Of a stretch of DNA of 64,000 bases, positions 50,668 to 60,333 are shown piece after piece (the first letter of the stretch is position 1; each line of letters begins with the position of its first letter). The stretch is taken from IMG/VR virus record IMGVR_UViG_3300037466_003456, positions 32,001 to 96,000 of that record; one strand, written 5' to 3'. Both the position numbers and the translations under genes were made by a program. Source of the DNA: a virus. A model generated the notes under the pieces. The model was not told where the DNA came from. It did no database searches and worked only from the letters and a program-made list of their open reading frames with translations.

Positions 50668-52693
50668 AAACATGAAAGCCGACATTTCCCGCATGGAAGA
50701 AAAGATGGCGAACTATCTTGATAAATTAACAGGTCATTCCGATGGAATGTTTAAAACGGCGGCTGCTACTGGGATGATGTATAACTCCAGCTACAAACAA
50801 TATCGTTCCAGCTTTTTAACCCTCGGAGATATGCAAATTCCTGATGATTATCGGGAGATTTTTAGATGGTGCCGATACTTTTTTAAGTTTGATAGTTTGG
50901 TTGGGGCGGCAGTTCGTTCACTAGCCACCTTCCCGATAACAGATTGGGTGTTAGATGATACGGAGAATTCCGACGATGAGGATTCAGAGGATCAATCAGA
51001 GGATGAATCAGAAGAACCCTCTGAAACTTACAAATTTTACGAGAGTATCTTAAATGACATCAAGCTATACAGCCACATGATTGAGGTTGGCTACGATTAC
51101 TTCTTGTACGGTAACTGTGTCATATTTGCCGAGCCGGGAGTCAAGAATATCAAACGTCGTGACCCTGACACCGGACAAGTATCCGAAAGAAAAGAAGTGG
51201 TTTGGAAATCGATTCAACGATTGGATGTTACCCGTCTTCGGATTGACCGAGACCCAAAAACAAATGAAAAACAATATTACTATGACATTCCTTTGGAATT
51301 AAAGCGTGTCATTCAAACGCAGAAACCGAAGGAAAAATACGATAGAATACCAGAAATTTTCAAAAAGGCGGTTAAAGCAAAAGGATTGGTCAAACTAAAA
51401 TCCGACTACATCTATCATTTGCAGATGCCTTCTGAAAGCGGAGATTCAGGATTATGGGCCACACCACCGGTGTTACATGCCATGAAGCTTATCTTGTATT
51501 CGAACGTGTTGAGACAAGCGCAAGAAGCGATTGCCTATGAACATATCATCCCTAAGCGGATCTACTATTTCCAAGAAACGCAGGAGTATTCGCCAAACAT
51601 GGACTTTGCTTCCATCGCTTCCGAGTTCGCCCTTGAATTAAAACGTCAGCTCGATGATCCAAACTACCAGGTCATTAGCCCGTTCCCAATCAATCAGCTC
51701 ATGCATGGCGGACAGGGTAAGGCATTGATGCTCGTTCCTGAATTGGAACAGCTGCAAGAAACCATCTTAGCGGCGATGGGTACTCCACGTGAATTCGTTT
51801 TTGGAGGAGTTTCCTATTCTGGCAGTACAACGAGTCTACGAATCTTGGAAAACCAATTTATCACGTACCGTACCAATTTACTGGACTATATCAATGATTT
51901 CTTAATTAAGAGATTGGCAGAAATCCGAGGTGAATGGGAAACCATCGACGATGATAAAAAGCTCGTAAAAGTTCAGTTTGCCGAGCTCAAGATGCAAGAT
52001 GATATCCAACAAAAGCAACTAATGTTGCAACTCAATGAAGCGGGTAAACTGCCGGATGAAGTGTTGTACGAAAAGGTATTGGGCCTCGATGCCAGCAAGA
52101 CGATTAAGCAATTGCAGGCAGAACGCATCCGAAAACTAAAAGAGCAAGCAGAACTGCAAATTAACCAAATGGAAATTGAGCAGGAAATGCAAGATGAAGC
52201 GATGCAGAGGGGATTAATGACTCCACCTGTTCCTGTGAATGGTCCTGTTATTCCTGAACCTGCAGCAGGCGCATATGGTCAGGCAACCGAGGGAGACCCG
52301 ATGATGGCTGAGGCTGGCGGTGATATGGCTGGCGATCCTACAGGAGGAGCTCAACCGACTTCGGACAGTAGTCAATCTTCTTCTGGTTCAAGTAGCGGAA
52401 GTAACTCATCATCAAAATCGGACAAGTCATCATCCGATAAAAAATCCGGTGAATCGGGTGGTAAGTCGGGACGTGAGGAACGCGATGCCTTAAAGATGGC
52501 TCAGCAAATGGAACTAATGACTGAAGCACAAAAGGCGAATCTTATCCGCAAACTTCCTCAGAAGGAAGCGCAACGGATTCTCCTATACTACAACCAGTTA
52601 AAGGCAGAACACGGTTCATCCGATTCTGGAGAAACCGACATGAGACCATACCCTGAACAGCGCCCACCACGTAGAACGGTCGGTGGTGTGTAA
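50660..52693 (+). CDS. Portal protein
   Basis: IFRWCRYFFKFDSLVGAAV, DYFLYGNCVIF, LQETILAAMGTP..F, SYSGSTTSLRIL; size, acidic low-complexity tail and location near terL fit. Confidence 0.75.
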   Translation: MDENMKADISRMEEKMANYLDKLTGHSDGMFKTAAATGMMYNSSYKQYRSSFLTLGDMQIPDDYREIFRWCRYFFKFDSLVGAAVRSLATFPITDWVLDDTENSDDEDSEDQSEDESEEPSETYKFYESILNDIKLYSHMIEVGYDYFLYGNCVIFAEPGVKNIKRRDPDTGQVSERKEVVWKSIQRLDVTRLRIDRDPKTNEKQYYYDIPLELKRVIQTQKPKEKYDRIPEIFKKAVKAKGLVKLKSDYIYHLQMPSESGDSGLWATPPVLHAMKLILYSNVLRQAQEAIAYEHIIPKRIYYFQETQEYSPNMDFASIASEFALELKRQLDDPNYQVISPFPINQLMHGGQGKALMLVPELEQLQETILAAMGTPREFVFGGVSYSGSTTSLRILENQFITYRTNLLDYINDFLIKRLAEIRGEWETIDDDKKLVKVQFAELKMQDDIQQKQLMLQLNEAGKLPDEVLYEKVLGLDASKTIKQLQAERIRKLKEQAELQINQMEIEQEMQDEAMQRGLMTPPVPVNGPVIPEPAAGAYGQATEGDPMMAEAGGDMAGDPTGGAQPTSDSSQSSSGSSSGSNSSSKSDKSSSDKKSGESGGKSGREERDALKMAQQMELMTEAQKANLIRKLPQKEAQRILLYYNQLKAEHGSSDSGETDMRPYPEQRPPRRTVGGV

Positions 52694-53028
52694 TGCTTCG
52701 TGCCTATGATCTTTCTTCCATGACGGAAAAAGCAAATGAATTATTAAATGATCCATCCTTACGGTTAATTAGCTTAAATATTTCCTGTTCTGCTGAAACG
52801 GCCTACACGGTTGCAAGCATGCGTCTTGCGCCGTGTCCTGCTAGGGAAACGAGATTCAACCGCTATTTGGAACGATTCATTTTGCTTGGAGGAAGTGGGA
52901 ATCATGATTTAGATAGAAAATTAGCCGATAAAAATGTTCGATTGCTGAAACAGCATATTTTCCCGACCAGCGAAGGGACGATCGTGGTCATCGATTATCA
53001 GGTTAAAAAAGGAAGGACGGTTGACTAA
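52693..53028 (+). CDS. Hypothetical protein (111 aa) coupled to portal and RNAP
   Basis: TAATG overlaps at both ends. Confidence 0.65.
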   Translation: MLRAYDLSSMTEKANELLNDPSLRLISLNISCSAETAYTVASMRLAPCPARETRFNRYLERFILLGGSGNHDLDRKLADKNVRLLKQHIFPTSEGTIVVIDYQVKKGRTVD

Positions 53029-56000
53029 TGGAACAGTTCAATCATCAGCAAGCGGTTGAAAACCTACATGCTAAAGTAAAAGCTATTTTTGATCAATACT
53101 TCCCATACGAAAGAAATGATTATCGTTTTGAGGTGAAGAACATCCACTTCGAAGATCCTTCCATTTCGCATGCTAGCCAAGAACAGGCTTTCTTAAATGA
53201 CTCCAGCATTGAATCCCTTGTTCGTGGTGACGTAGAAGTTTACCACAAAGGGCAGTTGGTGAAGACACACACTAATCAAATTCTAGTCCGTATCCCTTAC
53301 CCAACGGAAAGAGGTACATACATTGCAGCAGGAAACGAACTGGCTGTTTTAAATCGTATGTCGAGAAGGAATGGAATCTACATTCACCCTGTTAGGGATA
53401 TTCGGCATACGCAAATCCTTACAGCAGAAGTCCGTTCAAAAGGCTCTCGTTTCGAAATCAATTTTGATACAAACAGAGGTCAAATCAAGATTGAGAAATT
53501 AGGAGATTTCGGTAAAAGCAGTCCTGGTTCCATTGATTTAATCTCATTCCTTCATGTATTAGGTGTAACGGATGCGGAAATCAAGTCCGCTGTGAATGAT
53601 AAGGAATTGTCAGATACCCTTCTTGCCAATTCAACCAATGCGACTACACAAAAAATCTACACCGCTATTTTTGCCAAGGAATATCCGGGAGCAGAAGAAG
53701 CAAAGCAACAAATTATTGATTTCGTCAATGGTCGCTTAGTCTTTGATCAAGACGCCCAAAAAGTGAATAATCAAACCATTGGTTCTCCTATCAGCGTATT
53801 TGATGCCAGCGCCTTTTTACAGACACTTTCCCAGCTTAGTAAGGAATACCGAAGTCCGGGAACAACGGTGGAGCCTGACGATTTCCGTTTTAAAGAAATT
53901 AAGGCACCAGAAGACACCGTTTCTGAATTTGTCCGCAGAGGGATTAAGGAGTGGGTAGACAAAAGGCTCCGTCCGATTACTTATTCCGATTACAATGACC
54001 GAAAAACCATCAATGCCAAACCAGACCAATTCATTTACAGACCTATTAAATCACTCTACAACAGTGATATTGCGGAACTAGTAGATAGCGCAAATCCTCT
54101 GGATGTGCATCAAAAACTCTATAAAGTAACACAGGTCGGCACTGGAAATATGAACAAGAAATCGGTAACGAACTATAACCGTAATATTCAGGACACAGCA
54201 TTTGCGAAAGTCGATGCCCTTGAAACTCCACAAAGCTACAGTATGGGATTGGTGCAGCATTTCGCTTCGGGAGCCAAAATTAAGGATGGCCGTGTCTATT
54301 CGAAGTTTTATCGGGTGAACAATGGAAAAATCGATACAAGCAAAGTTATCGATGACATTGACCCTCTCGACGAGTATGAAGAGTTTATCGGATTTAACAC
54401 ACCCGCAGAATTAAATAAGGATGCAAGTGGCCATATTACTTCTTTCAAAAACGATCAGGTTCGAGTCCGTCATCACGGGACCTTCATGACCGTTCCGAAA
54501 AATCAAGTAACCCTAATTGATACCAGTTCTTCTGCACATATGAGCCATGCCTTGAGTTTAATTCCATTTGGTGCAAGCAATGATGGCGCGCGTATGCTGA
54601 TGGGAGCATCGATGCAAAAGCAATCGTTAAATCTCGAGAATCCTGAAGCTCCACTTGTGCAAAGTATATCCGATCCTGTAACCGGAAAAACAGTTGAACA
54701 AGAAATGGCAGACCGAGCTTCTTATATCCTTCGTTCCCCTGTCAGCGGCACGGTTAAGCATATTGGAGAAAACTCCATTGATATCGATACGGGAGATGGT
54801 GTTCATAAGGTTGACAAGCTAAATTATTTTGTCACAGGCAAAGCAGGTGGATTTATTCATCACAAACCAACAGTGAAAGTCGGAGATACCGTTCAGAAGG
54901 ATGATTTGCTTGCTGACGGCTGGCAAAGTAAGAACGGACAGTTGGCATTGGGTAGAAACATCACCGTCGCTTACATGCCGTTTAAGGGCTACAATTTTGA
55001 GGATGGAGTAGTAGTTTCAGAGAGTTTCGCTAAAAAAATGGCGTCGGAAGAAGTAAAACCTCTTGAGATTATCCTAGAATCACAGAATGGCAGAGTTTTA
55101 TTCAATGACCCTAAAGCAACGTCCATCCTTAATGGGTTACACGTGTCTCCTGCCCTGTTATCTAAGTTGGATTCAAACGGAATCATCAAGAAGGGCGAGG
55201 AAGTTCATGCTGGCGATATCCTTGTCGCAGCGGTAAAGGAAATTGAAAAAGAAGATTTATCAGCTGGACAAAGAGATTTGAAGAATTTACTGCGTGGGAA
55301 GATCGTTCAAAGCGAAGCCGATAATTACAAAGATGTTTCCCGGAGAGCAGTCGGTTACCAGAAAGGAAAAGTCATCAATGTGCAAGTGACCAATACCGCA
55401 GAAGGACAAACTAAAGTAACGATTCTTCTTTTATCCTTCAAACCCATGGAATTGGGAGATAAACTATCTGGAAGACACGGAAACAAGGGTACGATTACTA
55501 AAATACTTCCTGACGATCAAATGCCTCATACAGAGGATGGAAAGCCAGTTGAATTGATTTTCTCCCCTCTTGCGGTGCCGTCGAGAAAAAATCCGGGGCA
55601 GCTTTATGAAGTGAATGCCGGACTGGTCGCACAGAAAAAAGGAATGGATGTTTACAAGGTTCATAACTTTGATGCCAATGAAGTGGATAAGCTGAAGAAA
55701 CACCTTGAAGACATTGGCATGCCAGATGGAAAGCAAACATTGATTAATCCCGACACCGGAAAACCTTATGAAAATAAGATTACTGTGGGTCCCATGTTTA
55801 TTTTAAAACTGAAACATAAAGTAGAAAGCAAGATTACGGCAAGAAATATAAACGGTTCTCAGGATCCTCTCAAATTATCGCCAAGAAAAACATCAGGTTC
55901 CATTGATGGGGATCGCCACAATCCGCAATCTGTGGGGGGAATGGAGTTCTGGAGCCTAACAAGCGCCGGCGCTGTTCATAACATTCACGATATGACCACT

Positions 56001-59000
56001 CTTAAATCCGATGGAGCTGGAGATAAAAAACGACGGAAAGAAATCTTTGATGCGATAAGACGTGGGATGCCGATTCCTGAACCTGTCACTCCTCAGAGTG
56101 TGAAGATATTAGGAGACAAACTATTATCCGCAGGGGTGCAAATGACTCCTCTTCGTGAAGATAAACAAGTTTCTCTCGATGATAAGTTTACGGAACTTAT
56201 GCTCAATCCATTAAGAAAAGACGACCTTATGAATCTGGCAAAAGACAAGGTAACTTCTTCTAAGGGGATGATCGCAAGAACCAAAAATTTCGCTCCTGGC
56301 GGTATTTATGACCCTGAGATTTTTGGTGCAGACGGTTCACAATGGGCAAGGATTGATTTAGCGGAACCAATGCCAAATCCGTTATTCCTTGAAAACAATA
56401 CGGGACCTCGCCCATATGAAGCGATGTTGTTTTCGAAAGGATATAAACAAACGGACATTAAAAATCTAGTGAATGGTGATATGTTCCTTGTAGAAGACCC
56501 GAAGGATTCAGGATTAAAACAAGGAGAATTGGTCAATTTAAAACAGTTAGACGACCTAATGGCAGAAGGAAAAAAACTAGTGACTGATACCGGAGGTAGA
56601 GCCCTTTCAAAGTTATTAGAAAAGGTTGATATAAAGGAAGAGTTAAAGAAAGCAGAAAGCCGTTTAAGTGAAGCAAAGACGCTTGCTCAACGCTCAAAGG
56701 CTGAACAACAAGTATTAGTATTAGGGAAAGCCTTAGATCAAAAATTGAAGCCGACAGACTTTATGATGACTTCTGTTCCTGTCCTCCCTGTTAAATATAG
56801 GGAACCTAAGCTCGACGGAAAAGTGTTTACCGAGGATGGAATCTCCAAACTCTATAACAACTTAATCAAAAAGAACGATGAATATGAAAAATTCAAAGAG
56901 GCACATAACGGAGATCTTTCCAATTCGGACCGTTCCGCATACGCAGGAGCGATGGGAGATTACTACGATGGTCTTAAGGATATTATCGGCACTAAGCTAA
57001 AACCTGTAGTAGACGATAAGACTGGTCAGCCATTGAAAGGTATCATGCACACCTTAAAGTCCAAACAAGGATTTCTCCGTTCCAACATGCAATCGAAAAT
57101 GCAAGATTACTCAGGACGTTCCGTTATTATCGTTGATCCTACTCTGAAGCTGGATGAAGTGGCCCTGCCGGAAGACATGGCAAGCGAACTGTTCCTCCCT
57201 CATGTCATGGGTGAGCTACAACGATTACGCTACTCTCCGAAAGAAATCGAACATTTTGTTACGCATAAGACGAAAGAATTCCGAGATGCCTTGGAGAAAG
57301 TAACCAAGAATCATCCTGTCATTTTAAACCGTCAACCTTCTTTGCACCGCCATAGTTTACAAGCCTTCTACCCTAGAATTAACTGGAATGGGGATAAGGT
57401 AAAACATCGTGCAATCGGGCTAAATCCCGTTGTTACGACAGGGTACAACGCTGATTTTGATGGTGACACGATGTCTGTACATGTGCCAATCACACCTGCT
57501 GCCATCGAAGAAGCAAAGAACAAATTGCTTCCAAGTCAGAATCTACTCAACCCGACAAACAATGGCATCATCACTGACCTAAAACACGAAATGCAACTAG
57601 GAATCTTCTATATGACACGGGATATTCTACCTCAAGGAAAGCCGGAGGAGTTCTCCAATTTCCGAGAATTAGAGGATGCTTATAATAAAGGCCGCATTAA
57701 AACCTATGAATCGGTTCGGATGAATGTTCCTGGTATCGGTTTGGTCACAGCAACAGCAGGACAGCATCTATTTAACCTTTCTCTACCAATGGGATTCCAA
57801 GATTATGAGGGCAACAAAAACGTCAACAAAGGCAAGATGGAGAAGATTCTTTCTAAGATCATCAATGCTCCGAATGGCGGCGCTCAAAAAGCAGTTCAAG
57901 CGATCAATGCCTTACAGACGATTGGGTTCCAAACCGCCACATATTCAGGGATGAGCATTGGGGCAAAAGACTTTGAACCAGTGCTTCAGGAGAAACAAAA
58001 CCATCTTTTAGAGGCGGCAGAAAAACAATTCGGTAAAGCAGAGAACCGATTAGCCGCAGGATTATTGGATGTACGACAGGTGTGGGATGAGGAGAAAGCA
58101 AAGCTCGCCAAGAATCATCTAGTCGATTACATTAAGACTTCCCTTGACTCTAACAATCCTGTGGAAATCATGCAGCGTTCAGGAGCTCGTGGTAATGCCG
58201 GACAGATCAATGCGATGGCGGGTATTATCGGGGTTGGTAAAGACGTCACAGGTCGGGAAACACGTGCGATTACCGGCTCTCACCTAGAAGGTTTAAGTCC
58301 TGACCAATTCTGGGATTTAGCTTACGACAGCCGTAAAGGGATTCTGGATAAATCCATCTCTACTCAAGACCCAGGTGCTTTAACACGAGAAATCTGGATG
58401 ACGAATAAGCAAACTGTCATTTCGGAACGTGATTGTGGTGATACGCAAGGTATCTGGCTGGATATGACAAACAGTAGTGATAAACAAACCATTAAGGGGC
58501 GTGTGTTATTACATGATGTTCCCCTTTCAAAAGGCGGGGTTGTACGTGTCACTCGACGTCCTTTGACCGTTCATGAGGAAGAATTGATTATGTCTCATGC
58601 AAAAGGAAAAGTGAATGTTCGCAGTCCGTTAAGCTGTAAATCCACAAGTGGAGTCTGTCAGATGTGTTATGGAAGAAAGCCAGGAGGCGTGACGAATGAT
58701 TTCATTCCAATTGGTGACCCTGTTGGAAGTATCGCAGCTCAGGCGCTGGGCGAACCATCCACTCAGGCCATCTTGAAGGCATTTCACGTCGGCGCGGCCA
58801 ATGCCGCTGCTTCAAATGCGTTTGAACGGATTCAAGAAGCTCTCCGGATTCCACAGCATTTGAAAAACACTTCTAAAGAGGCAGTCATTGCAGAGGAAGA
58901 TGGTGTGGTAACAGATGTTGAACATCATCCGATTACCGGAACCGTTGTAAAAATCGGAAGCAAGAAATACAAATTGCATCACAAAGTATTATCCGATTTC

Positions 59001-59753
59001 GTCAAAGCAGGTGCCCATATCAATAAGGGAGATTTGTTGACCAAGGAGTTTACAGATAGTGGCGATCGTTTGGTTATCCGAAATCCACATGATGTCTTAA
59101 AATTCCAAGGAGTAGATGCAGCTCAGGATTATATCATGAGAGCCATTGAAGATGGATACCACGCGGCGGATATTAAAGATACAGACCGCAGACACTATGA
59201 GGTCATCACCCGTAATATGATGGATCATGCAGTCATCAAAAACCCTGGCACTTCCCCTTATACGTCAGGTCAGGTCGTTCCGCTTAGCACGGTGGAAAAA
59301 TATAATCAGTTGGCCGGAAGAGTTCACTCTGTTGCGATGGATTACTCTAATCGGATGAATGTCATTGGAGCTGTGGCGGCACAGGATTACAATGATCCAA
59401 TCACCATGAAGCCAATTGTCCATAAAGGTGAAGTTATCACGGAACCTATTTGGGAACAACTGAAAAACAGACAGCATATCAAGGTTCAGAAAAAACCGCT
59501 TGAGTACGAGCGAAAACTTATCGGGGTTAATACTAAGAGCTTAAAAGGTAACAATTGGTTAGATTCCGCTGGTTTCGGGGATGCAACCCGATTAATTGGC
59601 GAAGCGGCTGTCCTTGGCATGAAGGATAAGTTGGATACACCTCTTTCTCGTCAAATGACAGGACTAAAAGGTAACTTCTCTGACGGGTATGAACCGCACA
59701 AAGAGAAAGAAAAAGAACATGGAATTATGGCGTTTGTCCATGGTTTCTTGTAA
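53028..59753 (+). CDS. rpoBC: DNA-directed RNA polymerase, fused beta-beta-prime subunits (2241 aa)
   Basis: Beta motifs: LETPQ, LIPF..NDGARMLMGASMQKQ, GYNFEDG, GDKLSGRHGNKG, MFILKLKH. Beta-prime motifs: DYSGRSVI, LNRQPSLH, YNADFDGD (57444-57467), SGARG, RSPLSC..GVCQMCYG, AQALGEPSTQ. Confidence 0.97.
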   Translation: MEQFNHQQAVENLHAKVKAIFDQYFPYERNDYRFEVKNIHFEDPSISHASQEQAFLNDSSIESLVRGDVEVYHKGQLVKTHTNQILVRIPYPTERGTYIAAGNELAVLNRMSRRNGIYIHPVRDIRHTQILTAEVRSKGSRFEINFDTNRGQIKIEKLGDFGKSSPGSIDLISFLHVLGVTDAEIKSAVNDKELSDTLLANSTNATTQKIYTAIFAKEYPGAEEAKQQIIDFVNGRLVFDQDAQKVNNQTIGSPISVFDASAFLQTLSQLSKEYRSPGTTVEPDDFRFKEIKAPEDTVSEFVRRGIKEWVDKRLRPITYSDYNDRKTINAKPDQFIYRPIKSLYNSDIAELVDSANPLDVHQKLYKVTQVGTGNMNKKSVTNYNRNIQDTAFAKVDALETPQSYSMGLVQHFASGAKIKDGRVYSKFYRVNNGKIDTSKVIDDIDPLDEYEEFIGFNTPAELNKDASGHITSFKNDQVRVRHHGTFMTVPKNQVTLIDTSSSAHMSHALSLIPFGASNDGARMLMGASMQKQSLNLENPEAPLVQSISDPVTGKTVEQEMADRASYILRSPVSGTVKHIGENSIDIDTGDGVHKVDKLNYFVTGKAGGFIHHKPTVKVGDTVQKDDLLADGWQSKNGQLALGRNITVAYMPFKGYNFEDGVVVSESFAKKMASEEVKPLEIILESQNGRVLFNDPKATSILNGLHVSPALLSKLDSNGIIKKGEEVHAGDILVAAVKEIEKEDLSAGQRDLKNLLRGKIVQSEADNYKDVSRRAVGYQKGKVINVQVTNTAEGQTKVTILLLSFKPMELGDKLSGRHGNKGTITKILPDDQMPHTEDGKPVELIFSPLAVPSRKNPGQLYEVNAGLVAQKKGMDVYKVHNFDANEVDKLKKHLEDIGMPDGKQTLINPDTGKPYENKITVGPMFILKLKHKVESKITARNINGSQDPLKLSPRKTSGSIDGDRHNPQSVGGMEFWSLTSAGAVHNIHDMTTLKSDGAGDKKRRKEIFDAIRRGMPIPEPVTPQSVKILGDKLLSAGVQMTPLREDKQVSLDDKFTELMLNPLRKDDLMNLAKDKVTSSKGMIARTKNFAPGGIYDPEIFGADGSQWARIDLAEPMPNPLFLENNTGPRPYEAMLFSKGYKQTDIKNLVNGDMFLVEDPKDSGLKQGELVNLKQLDDLMAEGKKLVTDTGGRALSKLLEKVDIKEELKKAESRLSEAKTLAQRSKAEQQVLVLGKALDQKLKPTDFMMTSVPVLPVKYREPKLDGKVFTEDGISKLYNNLIKKNDEYEKFKEAHNGDLSNSDRSAYAGAMGDYYDGLKDIIGTKLKPVVDDKTGQPLKGIMHTLKSKQGFLRSNMQSKMQDYSGRSVIIVDPTLKLDEVALPEDMASELFLPHVMGELQRLRYSPKEIEHFVTHKTKEFRDALEKVTKNHPVILNRQPSLHRHSLQAFYPRINWNGDKVKHRAIGLNPVVTTGYNADFDGDTMSVHVPITPAAIEEAKNKLLPSQNLLNPTNNGIITDLKHEMQLGIFYMTRDILPQGKPEEFSNFRELEDAYNKGRIKTYESVRMNVPGIGLVTATAGQHLFNLSLPMGFQDYEGNKNVNKGKMEKILSKIINAPNGGAQKAVQAINALQTIGFQTATYSGMSIGAKDFEPVLQEKQNHLLEAAEKQFGKAENRLAAGLLDVRQVWDEEKAKLAKNHLVDYIKTSLDSNNPVEIMQRSGARGNAGQINAMAGIIGVGKDVTGRETRAITGSHLEGLSPDQFWDLAYDSRKGILDKSISTQDPGALTREIWMTNKQTVISERDCGDTQGIWLDMTNSSDKQTIKGRVLLHDVPLSKGGVVRVTRRPLTVHEEELIMSHAKGKVNVRSPLSCKSTSGVCQMCYGRKPGGVTNDFIPIGDPVGSIAAQALGEPSTQAILKAFHVGAANAAASNAFERIQEALRIPQHLKNTSKEAVIAEEDGVVTDVEHHPITGTVVKIGSKKYKLHHKVLSDFVKAGAHINKGDLLTKEFTDSGDRLVIRNPHDVLKFQGVDAAQDYIMRAIEDGYHAADIKDTDRRHYEVITRNMMDHAVIKNPGTSPYTSGQVVPLSTVEKYNQLAGRVHSVAMDYSNRMNVIGAVAAQDYNDPITMKPIVHKGEVITEPIWEQLKNRQHIKVQKKPLEYERKLIGVNTKSLKGNNWLDSAGFGDATRLIGEAAVLGMKDKLDTPLSRQMTGLKGNFSDGYEPHKEKEKEHGIMAFVHGFL

Positions 59754-59784
59754 AATAGAGGAGTAATCATTTAATTCAAGGAAG

Positions 59785-59955
59785 AACTTTCAACTTTTGG
59801 GGAATTGCTTTTCTTTCCCCTGAAGCCTTGCACTAGGGGTCAAGTCTTCGAAAAAGGTTGAAGTAAAGGAAAAGAGTGAACCTCGAAGCGTTTAGGCTAG
59901 AAAAGTCCGTTGTTCGCTGTGACGTCCCCGATTCGGTCGCAGGCTCGATTCTTCT
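59785..59955 (+). ncRNA. Candidate structured non-coding RNA
   Basis: Nested stems in a gene-free gap: TTCAACTTTT/AAAAGGTTGAA, GGGGAA/TTCCCC, GAAG/CTTC, AAGAGT/ATTCTT, TGTGAC/GTCGCA. Strand assumed. Confidence 0.3.
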
Positions 59956-59961
59956 TCAAAC

Positions 59962-59998
59962 AAAAAAACAGAAGACCCCAAAGGGTCCTCTGTTTTTT
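59962..59998. terminator. Bidirectional intrinsic terminator
   Basis: AAAACAGA.GACCC-CAAA-GGGTC.TCTGTTTT. Confidence 0.8.
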
Positions 59999-60001
59999 GT
60001 T

Positions 60002-60310
60002 TTATTCTTCAATGCTTGCTACTGCTTCTTTAAGTCCAATAAATTGACCTCTATCATATTCTTCTTCGAATGCTAATTCATGTGCTTCCTCAATATCTGC
60101 TACACGTGTTTTTGCTACTGCATCAATTTTGAAATTCTCTTCTAATGCTAATTCGCGTGCTACTTCAACATCTGTAATGCGCGTTGCTTGCTCTTCTGTG
60201 ATTTGTACACTTGATTGTTTTTCATTAGCTGCTAAATATGCTAATCCAAATCCTACTCCAAATCCTACTAAACCTAATATTACTTTTGTTCCTTTTTTCA
60301 TCAATACCAT
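60002..60310 (-). CDS. N-terminally membrane-anchored acidic protein with internal duplication
   Basis: VILGLVGFGVGFGLAYL; repeat TRITDVEVARELALEENF / TRVADIEEAHELAFEEEY. Confidence 0.7.
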   Translation of the reverse strand: MVLMKKGTKVILGLVGFGVGFGLAYLAANEKQSSVQITEEQATRITDVEVARELALEENFKIDAVAKTRVADIEEAHELAFEEEYDRGQFIGLKEAVASIEE

Positions 60311-60333
60311 CTCCTAAAATTGTTATTTACTTC

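Noticed and set aside
53028-59753. Host chromosomal rpoBC / bacterial contig
   Set aside because: Too diverged, no flanking ribosomal-protein genes, and directly coupled to portal and terminase genes.
42593-59753. Inteins or introns in terminase or RNAP
   Set aside because: No Cys...His-Asn splice motifs or LAGLIDADG/HNH inserts seen; motif order is continuous.
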